Shown one piece after another: positions 1 through 8,855 of a DNA stretch of 35,473 nt. Under the pieces are notes generated by a model. It worked only from the letters and a program-made list of their open reading frames with translations. It was not told where the DNA came from and searched no databases. Positions within the stretch are counted from its first letter, which is position 1. Every line of letters begins with the position of its first letter. The stretch is from an uncultured Muribaculaceae bacterium (GTDB taxonomy: Bacteria; Bacillota_I; Bacilli_A; RF39; UBA660), in NCBI GenBank assembly GCA_964473435.1, contig CAYYOP010000001.1, positions 1-35,473 of the forward strand, given 5' to 3'. Position numbers and translations under genes: made by a program.

Positions 1-317
1 AAAACTTTGCGGTATGAATCTTCTCTTGTTTGATCTAACGGAGCATCATATTCAAGTAAACATCTTGTTATACCTAATCTAATAGCGCCAGCTTGACCTT
101 TAAATCCTCCACCAATAGTAGTAACATCAATATCAAATGTTTTTTCATTGTTTGTTAAAACTAAAGGTTGTTTTAAATCCATAACTAAAGTAGCAAATGG
201 CATATATTCATTAACGTCTTTGCCGTTAATAGTAATTTTTCCTTTTCCAGGAACCATTTTAACCCTCGCTACTGAGCGTTTTCTTCTGCCTGTTGCAGAT
301 ATTTCTTTATTCATCAT
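1..317 (-). CDS. rpsI: 30S ribosomal protein S9 (3' end cut by window edge)
   Basis: Absent from the ORF track because it runs off the window edge. Reverse-strand translation from ATG 317 reads MMNKEISATGRRKRSVARVKMVPGKGKITINGKDVNEYMPFATLVMDLKQPLVLT, which contains the S9 GTGRRK-x-S-x-ARV signature. GGGAG Shine-Dalgarno at 323-327. It lies directly downstream of rplM, as in the conserved rplM-rpsI operon. Confidence 0.9.
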   Translation of the reverse strand, partial: MMNKEISATGRRKRSVARVKMVPGKGKITINGKDVNEYMPFATLVMDLKQPLVLTNNEKTFDIDVTTIGGGFKGQAGAIRLGITRCLLEYDAPLDQTREDSYRKV

Positions 318-329
318 TATATCTCCCTA

Positions 330-758
330 CTAAAGTGTTATAACAGTAGGTTGTTGTGCCTCTTGTTTATGGTCAGGTCCTGCATATACAAATAATTTTG
401 TAAACATTGCTCTTCCTAAACGATTTTTTGGAAGCATTCCTTTAACAGCTCTTTCAACCATTTCTACTGGATAACTTTCTATCATAGTTTCTGCATTACG
501 TTCTCTTAAGCCACCTGGGTGTCCTGAGTGATTGTAATACATTTTGTTGTTTAATTTATTACCTGTTAACAGCACTTTTTCTGCATTAACAATAATAATA
601 AAATCTCCACCATCGACATGTGGCGTAAATGTTGCTTTATGTTTTCCTCTTAGCATATGAGCGGCTTTAGTAGCAACTCTACCTAATGGTAAACCTTCAG
701 CATCAATTACAAACCATTTACGATCAACGGCTTCTTTTGTTTGCATAAATGTTTTCAT
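330..758 (-). CDS. rplM: 50S ribosomal protein L13
   Basis: The 142 aa ORF has typical L13 sequence: [44 protein letters not shown]...[11 protein letters not shown]...ML PKN..GR. AAAGGA SD lies 7 nt before the ATG. TAG stop. Confidence 0.95.
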   Translation of the reverse strand: MKTFMQTKEAVDRKWFVIDAEGLPLGRVATKAAHMLRGKHKATFTPHVDGGDFIIIVNAEKVLLTGNKLNNKMYYNHSGHPGGLRERNAETMIESYPVEMVERAVKGMLPKNRLGRAMFTKLFVYAGPDHKQEAQQPTVITL

Positions 759-843
759 ATTTTTTTCCTTTCATTACCTATTATCTCTATTATAACTTCC
801 CACATTATAAAAGAAATCCGGTAAATAAAATGTACCAGATTAA

Positions 844-872
844 ATTATATGAGAAAGAAGGGGAAAAGTCAA
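844..872 (-). promoter_or_regulatory. Sigma-A type promoter for rplM-rpsI
   Basis: On the minus strand: TTGACT (872-867), a 17 nt spacer, then TATAAT (849-844). This leaves a leader of about 85 nt before the rplM ATG. Confidence 0.65.
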
Positions 873-909
873 CTGATTATAAGGCTTAATGGCTAATTTG
901 TCATATTTT

Positions 910-1578
910 TTAGTAATTTAACATATTATAAATGTTTTTATACATAGAATAATCATGATATCTCATGTCTTTTAGTGTATATTCATTTTGAAAACGATTT
1001 GGTCTACCAAATCCTATTCCAGATAAAAACACTCTCTTACCTTCAGTTTGTAGATAAGTACTTACTCCATATTTTTTATCTTTATATTCTATTTCTAAAT
1101 CAAAACAACTTTCATATTTAACTCCATTATAATAAGTTCGATCATGTTTATAGCGCAATATTTTTACACCTTGCTTTTTTAAATGTTTTAAGTTAGATAA
1201 ATATTCATCATCTTATTTAATCTTATCTTTTTGTTCTTTTTCTACTTCTTCACTAATTTCCATGTTTTCATTGTTTAGTATACTATTGTAGTTTTGTAAA
1301 ATTAAATGTTCAACGGAAATATAATCGTAATTTTTCAATGCTTTAACAAATGTTTTTGTTCTTCTTTCATTTATTTTTGCTGAAAAACTTGTTAAATCTA
1401 TATATCCGTATCTTTCTCCTATTTTTATTGTTAATTCTCCATAGTGCTATTCTCCTAAAGTTAGAATAGCAACATAACCAATAACAAATACTAGCAAAAA
1501 ACAACCAAAAGAAAAAAACTTCTGGTTTACTCCAATTAAAAAATAATATCTAGTGATATTATTTAATGTTAATAACAT
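910..1578 (-). pseudogene. Membrane-anchored hypothetical protein interrupted by two in-frame stops
   Basis: A single reading frame runs from ATG 1578 (5 nt after the gltX stop) to the stop at 910. It contains an in-frame TAG at 1447-1449 and an in-frame TAA at 1213-1215. Translation: MLLTLNNITRYYFLIGVNQKFFSFGCFLLVFVIGYVAILTLGE*HYGELTIKIGERYGY...EKEQKDKIK*DDEYLSNLKHLKKQGVKILRYKHDRTYYNG.... The ORF track shows only the last segment (910-1158, TTG start). No frameshift is needed. Confidence 0.6.
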
Positions 1579-1583
1579 CTGAC

Positions 1584-3233
1584 TTATCGACAAAGATTTT
1601 CAAATCTTTTTTCAATTCGATCTTTGCCAAGTAATTTCATTATTTGATAAAGATCAGGAGTCGTTGTTTTGGTTGTTAATGCTATTCGTAATATATTACT
1701 TATATCTGCTACATTTCCTAAATATTCTTCAGGATTTTGTTTGTACAAACTCATCTCTGAAGCATAACCTACCTCTGTTGCTAATTCCTTTATTTTTCTA
1801 AACCAATTTTTTTTGTCGTCAGTGTTATCATAGTACTTGCTAATATATAAGTTAATTATTTCCTTATATTTCTCTGAATTGTTAACTAATTTAAAATCAA
1901 TATTTTGATGGTTATAAAGTTCATCATACATATAAACCATATTTTCTTTAACATCTGACCAAGCCGCAAAATCTTTTCGTGGTTTTTTTTGTTCTCTTTC
2001 TATATTTAAAACTAATGTTGAATATTCTGGATACTTAAGTAATATTTGATGAAATTCTTTATCATATACTTCAGACCAATTTAAAATATTCTCATATACT
2101 TCTTTAGCGCTTAATCTAGATATATAATTTTTAGAAATATTTAATAATTTTTCTAAATCAAATAATGATCCGCTTGAAGACATTTTTTTAAAATCGAATT
2201 TAAATTCATTTAAGGATGATTTTGGATTTTGATCTAGCCATCCTTCAAAATTAGAATTCGCAGTTGTCATTAAATATAAATAAACTGCTGATACCGGTAT
2301 TCCTTTTTCATGATAATAACTTAATGCTGATTCTGGATCTTTTCTTTTAGATAATTTCCGAATAGAATCTCCATCTTTTTTATTTACTGGTGCGACATGA
2401 CAATATTTTGGTAATTCAAAATTGAATATTTCAAATAATTGGGCATGAATAGGAAATGAACTTAACCACTCGTCTCCTCTTAGTATATGAGTAGTTCGCA
2501 TTAAGTGATCATCTACTAAGTGAGCAAAGTGATAGGTAGGTATTTTATCGCTTTTAAGCAATACTATATCTAAATCATTTTCTGGAAATTCTATTTTTCC
2601 TTTTACTAAATCAGTACATGTTACTTTTCTGGCAAAATTACCCGGTGATTTTAATCTTGTTACAAATTCTTCGCCATTTTTTATTTTTTGTTCTATTTCT
2701 TCTAATGTTAAGTTGCGGCTTTTAGCATATCTACCGTAATAGCCAAGTCTTTCTTTTCGACTTTCTTGGTTCTTTCTTATTTCTAATAATTCTTCCTCTG
2801 ATGCGAAACAAGGATATGCTAGGCCTTTTTCAACTAAATGTTTTGCAAATGTTTGATAAATTTCTGCTCTTTCAGTTTGTAAGTATGGACCGTAATCACC
2901 CAAGTCTTCTTCTTGGTTTATACGCCCTTCATCAATTGATAAGTTAAAATTTTTAAAATCGTCGACAATTCCTTGTATACCATTTTCGACACTTCTTTTT
3001 TCATCAGTATCTTCTATTCTTAAATAAAATACTCCATTAGTGTCTGTAGCAATTTTTCTTGCTATAAAAGCTGTCCTTAAACTTCCCATATGAACAAATC
3101 CAGTTGGTGATGGTGCGAATCTTGTTACGATTGCTCCATTCGGTAAATCTCTCTTCGGATAAAATTCTTCATAATAATTAATATCCTTATCAATGTTGGG
3201 AAACATTAAATTTGCGACTTTTTGATAATCCAT
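1584..3233 (-). CDS. gltX: Glutamate--tRNA ligase (long clostridial-type form)
   Basis: Class I aaRS signatures: PSPTGFVHMGSLRTA (HIGH-type) and KLSKRK (KMSKS-type). GluRS core: LRIEDTD.KRS, PTYHFAHLVDDHLM..THILRGDEW. 549 aa. Confidence 0.9.
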   Translation of the reverse strand: MDYQKVANLMFPNIDKDINYYEEFYPKRDLPNGAIVTRFAPSPTGFVHMGSLRTAFIARKIATDTNGVFYLRIEDTDEKRSVENGIQGIVDDFKNFNLSIDEGRINQEEDLGDYGPYLQTERAEIYQTFAKHLVEKGLAYPCFASEEELLEIRKNQESRKERLGYYGRYAKSRNLTLEEIEQKIKNGEEFVTRLKSPGNFARKVTCTDLVKGKIEFPENDLDIVLLKSDKIPTYHFAHLVDDHLMRTTHILRGDEWLSSFPIHAQLFEIFNFELPKYCHVAPVNKKDGDSIRKLSKRKDPESALSYYHEKGIPVSAVYLYLMTTANSNFEGWLDQNPKSSLNEFKFDFKKMSSSGSLFDLEKLLNISKNYISRLSAKEVYENILNWSEVYDKEFHQILLKYPEYSTLVLNIEREQKKPRKDFAAWSDVKENMVYMYDELYNHQNIDFKLVNNSEKYKEIINLYISKYYDNTDDKKNWFRKIKELATEVGYASEMSLYKQNPEEYLGNVADISNILRIALTTKTTTPDLYQIMKLLGKDRIEKRFENLCR

Positions 3234-3247
3234 AATATTCCTCTTTC

Positions 3248-4669
3248 TTAGTTATATTTTTTAAATTTTTCGATTGGCAACCAATCACAAGCAAAACTTA
3301 CATATTTTTTTACTTTATTATTGTGTACTTGAAAATATATTTTTTTATTACAAGGTATATTTTCTGGGGCATCAATATTTTCAAATATATAAGGTTTTAT
3401 TTGTTTATATATTTCAATTCTATTTCCTAATTTTAATTTTATGGAGTTTTTATCATTAACTGTAACTTCCATAATTTCAAACGGTGTTGTTCTATTGACT
3501 ATTTGAGTTCTTGTTTTGACATATTCTCCTTTAAATAACTCTATACTTGGTAATTCTTCATTGATTGTCTTGGAATAATCCGACCCTGTTATGAGATTAA
3601 GCAATCCTACACATATATCATCAGCATTTTGGTCATTAATAAGAATTGTAACTGATAGTTCTTCTTCAGGTAGTATTAAAAAATGTGATGACATTCCTTC
3701 TACACAACCTGTATGACCAATTCCTCTATAATTACCATCTGTTCCTAAAAAGCCATGAAACACAGAAAATAATTCTTTATTGCCAGATGTGTATGACATA
3801 CTTAATAATTCTTTTAGAGTTTCTTTGTTTTTAAATAATTTATTTTTCATGTTAGTAGACATTAATTCAATAGCAAATTTAGATAAATCATTAGCTGTTC
3901 CTATAACTGAACCTGATGCATATAACCATTCTGCCCAGTATAGATCAGTTAATTTAAATTCATCAGATTTCTTATGATATCTATATCCTGTTACTTTTTG
4001 ATCAATGATTTCTTTTATTGGTTTTCTTTCTGGATAACAACAATTCATTTTACATGGTTTAAAAATATTATCCATTACATATTGATAATAAGGTACACCT
4101 GAAATATATTCTACAATATAAGCTGCTATAGTTGCACCAAAATTTGAATAACTGTGAACTTCACCAGGATTAAAGCATTGTATTCCACTATATCCTTTTA
4201 ATAAAGTTTCTTTCATTGAATTGAAATCACTAGAACTTAATGGAACTCCATCTTCACTAGTGTGTATCCAACTTGCTTCAAATCCTGCTGTATGATTCAT
4301 TAAATGTAATAAAGTTATTGGTTCATTAGAATATAATTTCAATTTAAAATCTTCTGGTAAATATTTAAATATGCTTTCACTTAAGTCAAGTTTATTTTTT
4401 TCTACTAACTGCATTATTGAAACCCATATAAATAGTTTACTAACAGAAGCATAATTAAAAGTGTTACTATTTGTCACTTTTTTATGATTTTCTCGATTAG
4501 ATAAACCATAACTTTCGGAAAAGATGATCTTATCTTTTTTAGTTATAGATATTTGAGCTCCAGATATTCTTTTATTAATAAATTTATTTATATAATTAGA
4601 AATGAGTTGCTCTAATTGATCATATTCAAGACTAATTGGTATTTTTTTATTAGAATTTAAATCAGTCAC
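3248..4669 (-). CDS. Serine hydrolase, beta-lactamase / penicillin-binding-protein (class C-like) family
   Basis: SxxK motif in YASVSKLF and YxN motif in HSYSNFG at the spacing expected for this fold. GTG start, with AGGAGAG SD 7 nt upstream. Only 14 nt separate its stop from the gltX start. Confidence 0.75.
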   Translation of the reverse strand: MTDLNSNKKIPISLEYDQLEQLISNYINKFINKRISGAQISITKKDKIIFSESYGLSNRENHKKVTNSNTFNYASVSKLFIWVSIMQLVEKNKLDLSESIFKYLPEDFKLKLYSNEPITLLHLMNHTAGFEASWIHTSEDGVPLSSSDFNSMKETLLKGYSGIQCFNPGEVHSYSNFGATIAAYIVEYISGVPYYQYVMDNIFKPCKMNCCYPERKPIKEIIDQKVTGYRYHKKSDEFKLTDLYWAEWLYASGSVIGTANDLSKFAIELMSTNMKNKLFKNKETLKELLSMSYTSGNKELFSVFHGFLGTDGNYRGIGHTGCVEGMSSHFLILPEEELSVTILINDQNADDICVGLLNLITGSDYSKTINEELPSIELFKGEYVKTRTQIVNRTTPFEIMEVTVNDKNSIKLKLGNRIEIYKQIKPYIFENIDAPENIPCNKKIYFQVHNNKVKKYVSFACDWLPIEKFKKYN

Positions 4670-4691
4670 TTGTTATCTCTCCTGTTAAATT

Positions 4692-4720
4692 ATTATACTA
4701 TGGATACTTTTTATTGTACA
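4692..4720 (-). promoter_or_regulatory. Candidate promoter of the serine-hydrolase/gltX operon
   Basis: Minus strand: TGTACA (4720-4715), 17 nt spacer, TATAAT (4697-4692). Confidence 0.4.
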
Positions 4721-4740
4721 GTTTCTAATTATAATTAAAC

Positions 4741-4765
4741 AAAAAAATAAGATGAATTTCACCTT
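4741..4765 (-). terminator. Rho-independent terminator of hsp20
   Basis: Minus-strand RNA AAGGUGA-AAU-UCAUCUU forms a 7 bp stem with one G-U pair and is followed by AUUUUUUU. The stem overlaps the hsp20 stop codon. Confidence 0.6.
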
Positions 4766-5156
4766 ATTTAATTTCTATTGTTTTCTTTGTTAATGATTCG
4801 TCTTTTTTAGGAATTGTAATGTGTAGCGTTCCTTTTTCAAATTTTGCTGCTACATTTTCATCATCGACATCTCCTAGATTAAAAGTTCTAGAATATTCTC
4901 CGTAACTTCTTTCTCTTCTAATGTAATTTTTCTTTTCTTCTTTTTCTTCATTAGATTTGTTTGCAGTTATTGTTAAATAACCATCTTTTATTTCAATGTT
5001 AATATCCTCTTTATCATAACCAGGTACATCTAATTCAATGTAGTATATCTCGTCTTTTTCATAGATATCACACTTCATGTTATTTCTTCCATTAGAAGAT
5101 AAGAAGAAATTCTCGAAATCATCATCAAAGAAAAAACTTTTTGGGATTAAATTCAT
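4764..5156 (-). CDS. Small heat-shock protein, Hsp20/alpha-crystallin family
   Basis: Alpha-crystallin domain pattern: DIYEKDEIYYIELDVPGYDKEDINIEIKDGYLTI...RRERSYGEYSRTFNLG.VD...AKFEKGTLHITIPKK. GGAAGGAAGTGG SD upstream. Confidence 0.9.
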   Translation of the reverse strand: MNLIPKSFFFDDDFENFFLSSNGRNNMKCDIYEKDEIYYIELDVPGYDKEDINIEIKDGYLTITANKSNEEKEEKKNYIRRERSYGEYSRTFNLGDVDDENVAAKFEKGTLHITIPKKDESLTKKTIEIK

Positions 5157-5180
5157 AATTCCACTTCCTTCCGTAATTTA

Positions 5181-5208
5181 ATTATATCACACATTTAGCA
5201 CTTGTCAA
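5181..5208 (-). promoter_or_regulatory. hsp20 promoter (TTGACA / extended -10)
   Basis: Minus strand: TTGACA (5208-5203), 16 nt spacer, TGaTATAAT (TATAAT at 5186-5181). The -35 box lies inside the CIRCE spacer. Confidence 0.65.
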
Positions 5209-5221
5209 TACCGAGTGCTAA
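5195..5221. promoter_or_regulatory. CIRCE operator (HrcA binding site)
   Basis: TTAGCACTT-GTCAATACC-GAGTGCTAA matches the CIRCE consensus TTAGCACTC-N9-GAGTGCTAA at 17 of 18 positions. The palindrome extends outwards (ACACATTTAGCAC...GTGCTAAATGTGT). Confidence 0.85.
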
Positions 5222-5243
5222 ATGTGTGCATTTTTAGTATACA

Positions 5244-5271
5244 CAAAAATAACCTAGATATACCTAGGTTA
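5244..5271 (-). terminator. Rho-independent terminator of the 8884-5269 operon
   Basis: Perfect 7 bp stem AACCTAG (5251-5257) / CTAGGTT (5264-5270) with a 6 nt loop. It is followed on the minus strand by AUUUUU. It overlaps the stop codon of the 98 aa ORF. Confidence 0.65.
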
Positions 5272-5565
5272 TATATTAAAACTAATTAAATCATCTATAT
5301 TGTTATTAAATATAAATAATAATAATTCTTTGTCGGCTTCATTTATTTTTGATTCTAAATTTTGTTTATCTTTAAAACATAAATCAGGACGATATTTAAT
5401 TATATTAATAAAGTTCGTTACTCCAAAATCCTTTAAGAATGCTAGTATTTCAATAACGTTTTGTTGCATTATTTCTAAATTAGTAACTATTTCATTATTT
5501 AAATGATTTTTTATATCGTTTACTTCTTCTGTTGTTATATCAAACTGTTTTAGGTATTCGATCAT
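5269..5565 (-). CDS. Hypothetical protein (98 aa) with a single mTERF-like helical repeat
   Basis: Its own TAGGAGT SD lies inside the end of the upstream gene, with a 26 nt out-of-frame overlap. The motif L..FLKDFGVTNFINIIKYRPDLCFKDKQNLESKI resembles one mTERF-type repeat (pattern match by eye only). Confidence 0.6.
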   Translation of the reverse strand: MIEYLKQFDITTEEVNDIKNHLNNEIVTNLEIMQQNVIEILAFLKDFGVTNFINIIKYRPDLCFKDKQNLESKINEADKELLLFIFNNNIDDLISFNI

Positions 5566-7501
5566 AATCTTTTGTTACTCCTATTCTAGCAACTGCTTCT
5601 TTAACAAATTCGTGTTCATGTGGTTCAAGAACCGAATTATGAATAATCGCATATAGTAAAGCTTCTTTTAATTCAACATCCAGATTTATCAATATCTTGA
5701 ATACTCTAAAAACTTTGGGTCTCGATATAATCTGAGTACCAAATATAAATTCGGTTTTTCTTTTTAATAATCCCATTGGAGCATCAGTGTATATAGCAGC
5801 TCTATAACCTTCGTCAACGATTTCCATAACTTCATATTCTGATTTTATTTTTTCAATCTCAGTGTCACTTATTACTAATTGACTATTTATAATTGCTTTA
5901 TTATAAGTTTCGTTCTGAGTTATAGGCATTTCTAAATTCAATTCAGTAGTGTTTTCTGATATATTAATATTATCTTTAGGACTTGCCCATACTTCATAAT
6001 TATTTTTATAAGCATAATATATTCTTTTAATTATTAATGTTTTGAATGCATTTCCTGCCTTTGTTGGATCTTTATGAATAGTCTCATTTAAACCAACTTC
6101 TATAAACTGATCTAATTTAGATGCTAGATCTCTACTATGTAAAAGACTAAAACTTGGATTTTCTTCTACTAATAATGACTCAGTGTCAAAACCGTACATC
6201 TCTAAAACATTTAAATTTTTTTCAACTAAAGTTGGTATATCTTTAGATGTATTTAAAAATAAGTTTGAGCATTCATCAAATATTTTCTTTATATCAGATC
6301 CCCTTTTATGAAATTTTGTTGTTATATTTTTTAATTTTTTTGTATCTGTTGTTAACAATAATATATTATCTGTTATTATTTTCTTTACAGACACTTCATA
6401 TTTATCAAATATTTCAACGTTGGTTTTAAAGTTACTATATCCTTTTTCGCTAAATATTGATATTCCTGTATTAATCATTTTAGTAAATTCAAAACTTGGA
6501 AGTTCAATATTATATTTAATTTTTAAAATGTTGATTACATCTTCTATTATTGCTGCAGAAGTATTAGTTAGCATATAAATCAATAAATTTATATTGCTAG
6601 GCTTAATACTATTTAAAATTTCTGGATATTCTTTTATTTTATCCGCTAATAAATTTAAGTTGTTCAAATCTTTTATCGCAATTAGCTTTAATTTCATAGT
6701 AATAGGTAATTCATCATAGTTATAACCTAAACAAGAAATTATTTCTTTGATTCTTTGAGTTCTTTCTGCTTCTTCTATATTAGTGTTTTGTTTTGAAGGC
6801 GATGATGTTCTTACTACAGAATTAAAGATATCATTTTGATCATCAACATCTAAGATTGATGGTTCTTGCACTACATTTTTAACAACATTGATTACTTCTC
6901 TTTTTTCTGGTTTTTCTTCTTTCATTATTATTTCTTGTAATTTTCTGGAATTAAACTCATTTAAATATGTAAAAATTGAATCTAAATTACTTTCTGCTTC
7001 TGTAGGAGTTTCTATTCTAATTATTTCTTCAATAATGTCATAATCTTCTACAGTAAATATTTCTTCAGAATTTACTATTGTTATTATTTTTCGATAATCG
7101 GATAATTGTTTTTCTGATCTTTCTTTTACATTTTTAGTTATCAATTCATTTTTTTGAATTACTTTATTTATTAAATCTTCTAGTTCTTTTAATTTTAAAA
7201 GTTGATCTTCACTCAAATTTATTTTCGTTTGTTTTTCACCATTTAATTGAGCTACTCCTCTAATGTATTTTATCATAGCAATAAACTTTTTAGATTCTTC
7301 ATTATCACCAATTTGTTTTGAGATATTATTTAACATTCCGTCAGTTAGATGAATTATATCTTCTGGAGGATTTTTATAGTTTGTTAAAAAAGCTTTTAAT
7401 TCAGTAGTATCAAATGCAAGTTGTTGTACATCAGAACCTATTTGTTCCGTTAAAAGTGCATTATTAATTATTTCTAAAAGTATTTCTTTTCCTTTTAACA
7501 T
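5540..7501 (-). CDS. Hypothetical protein (about 653 aa): coiled-coil N-terminal half, helical-repeat C-terminal half
   Basis: I prefer the second ATG (7501, MLKGKE...) because AAAGGAGG lies 7 nt upstream; the ORF-track start at 7519 sits inside that SD. No recognisable catalytic motif. The C-terminal half has 3-4 repeats of about 33 aa, for example NLNVLEMYGFDTESLLVEENPSFSLLHSRDLASKLDQFIEVGL. Confidence 0.7.
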   Translation of the reverse strand: MLKGKEILLEIINNALLTEQIGSDVQQLAFDTTELKAFLTNYKNPPEDIIHLTDGMLNNISKQIGDNEESKKFIAMIKYIRGVAQLNGEKQTKINLSEDQLLKLKELEDLINKVIQKNELITKNVKERSEKQLSDYRKIITIVNSEEIFTVEDYDIIEEIIRIETPTEAESNLDSIFTYLNEFNSRKLQEIIMKEEKPEKREVINVVKNVVQEPSILDVDDQNDIFNSVVRTSSPSKQNTNIEEAERTQRIKEIISCLGYNYDELPITMKLKLIAIKDLNNLNLLADKIKEYPEILNSIKPSNINLLIYMLTNTSAAIIEDVINILKIKYNIELPSFEFTKMINTGISIFSEKGYSNFKTNVEIFDKYEVSVKKIITDNILLLTTDTKKLKNITTKFHKRGSDIKKIFDECSNLFLNTSKDIPTLVEKNLNVLEMYGFDTESLLVEENPSFSLLHSRDLASKLDQFIEVGLNETIHKDPTKAGNAFKTLIIKRIYYAYKNNYEVWASPKDNINISENTTELNLEMPITQNETYNKAIINSQLVISDTEIEKIKSEYEVMEIVDEGYRAAIYTDAPMGLLKRKTEFIFGTQIISRPKVFRVFKILINLDVELKEALLYAIIHNSVLEPHEHEFVKEAVARIGVTKDYDRIPKTV

Positions 7502-7529
7502 TCTATTTCCTCCTTTCATAAATTTATAT

Positions 7530-8831
7530 TTATTTCGTCTTTTCTTGAGTGATTTCTAATCTGTTTTTAATAATATTGTAAGTTTCAATATATTCGTTAA
7601 TGTTTAAAATTTCTTCTTTGCATTTTTGTTCATAAAGTTCAGGTGAGTCTTTATACTCTTGTAAGTATGTTTCTAACAAGGTAACATTTTGTTTAATACT
7701 TTCTAAAAGAATTGTTAAAGTTAATCGATTATCTTCATCAGAACTAATACTAGTCAATTGTTGTATAGTTTGTTCATTATTAACCGAATCATTTAGTAAC
7801 TCAGATTCAGTGTCTAATATTTCTTTCGCTTGAGAGATTAATTGTTCACTTTCTAATATTATTTTATCAACCTTTTCTTCTTCAGGTGTTTTTATTAGAG
7901 AAGTATTTTCTGAAATAGAAATTATTTTTTCACAATTATCTATTAGATTATTTTTAAGCTCTTCATTTTTTAAATTTTGTTCATAAAAATCTAACTCTTT
8001 TTTCAATAAAATACTTACGACAGTATTTTGTATTTCTTTATAAGAAAATTCAGGATATTTATTAGATAAATTCGAAATTGTATCTAGCGCTTCAGTTATA
8101 TTTATATCAATATTATCCTTTAAAACAATTTCAGTTATTTTATTTATTTCTTCATCATAAATAGAAATGGTTTTTTCATAAAAATTTTTATATTTGTCAA
8201 TGAAACTTTCTTTTTCTTCTGGTTTTAATGTTTTATTTACTACTAAATTGTAATTTGCTTGTCCAATTGCTTTTTTAATCGATACTTTTGTGGATAAATC
8301 AAAACCACTTTTATTAAGTAAATCATGAAAATCAGTTATATTTAATATTGGTTCAGATAATTCTCCACCCTTAAATAAATTGGTGTATTTTTTTAATGAC
8401 AAAATTGTGTTTTTTAAAATTTCAATATTTTCTGTTTGATCAATTTCGTACATATCTACGTGTTCTTTTATTATTTCTGCCGTTTCACTCAACCAATTTT
8501 GTGATTCTTCATATTGAGTAGCAATTGGTATTTCATTTAAATCACCAACTAAATTATCATATAAACTAATGATCTCAAGATAATTATCAAATCGTTCTGT
8601 TAAACTAGCAATATTTGGTTCTTCCATTATTTCTAAAATACGACTAAAATCAGAAGTTTTTATTTTTGATAAACCTTCTTTTGTAATATCACTTTTTGAT
8701 AAATTATATTTAAAAAATATATTTTCTATTTCTAGTACTTGATTGCGTTTGTTTTTTATTCCATCAATCTGAGTTGATACTATATTGATGCGATCATTTA
8801 AAGAGTTTAATAAGTCTGATATTGCTTTTAT
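7530..8831 (-). CDS. Hypothetical all-helical/coiled-coil protein; probable non-canonical ATA or ATT start
   Basis: The ORF track starts at ATG 8627. The same frame stays open for 72 more codons up to TAG 8846-8844, with no ATG, GTG or TTG. A perfect GAGGTGAT SD (8842-8835) and a TTGAAT-17-TAAAAT promoter sit at that upstream end. ATA (8831-8829) lies 7 nt after the GAGG core and ATT (8834-8832) lies 4 nt after it. The conservative call is 7530-8627. Confidence 0.6.
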   Translation of the reverse strand: MKAISDLLNSLNDRINIVSTQIDGIKNKRNQVLEIENIFFKYNLSKSDITKEGLSKIKTSDFSRILEIMEEPNIASLTERFDNYLEIISLYDNLVGDLNEIPIATQYEESQNWLSETAEIIKEHVDMYEIDQTENIEILKNTILSLKKYTNLFKGGELSEPILNITDFHDLLNKSGFDLSTKVSIKKAIGQANYNLVVNKTLKPEEKESFIDKYKNFYEKTISIYDEEINKITEIVLKDNIDINITEALDTISNLSNKYPEFSYKEIQNTVVSILLKKELDFYEQNLKNEELKNNLIDNCEKIISISENTSLIKTPEEEKVDKIILESEQLISQAKEILDTESELLNDSVNNEQTIQQLTSISSDEDNRLTLTILLESIKQNVTLLETYLQEYKDSPELYEQKCKEEILNINEYIETYNIIKNRLEITQEKTK

Positions 8832-8855
8832 AATATCACCTCTCTACTGTAATTA

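Noticed and set aside
148-333. 61 aa plus-strand ORF from the track
   Set aside because: It lies entirely antisense to the clearly recognisable rpsI coding sequence. It has hydrophobic low-complexity content and no SD.
759-843. Possible ribosomal-protein L13 leader (autoregulatory RNA) in the roughly 85 nt rplM 5' UTR, including the hairpin CUGGUA-N9-UACCGG
   Set aside because: I cannot recall the L13-leader consensus well enough to match it by eye. The hairpin is short. An Rfam scan is needed, so it is not reported as a feature.
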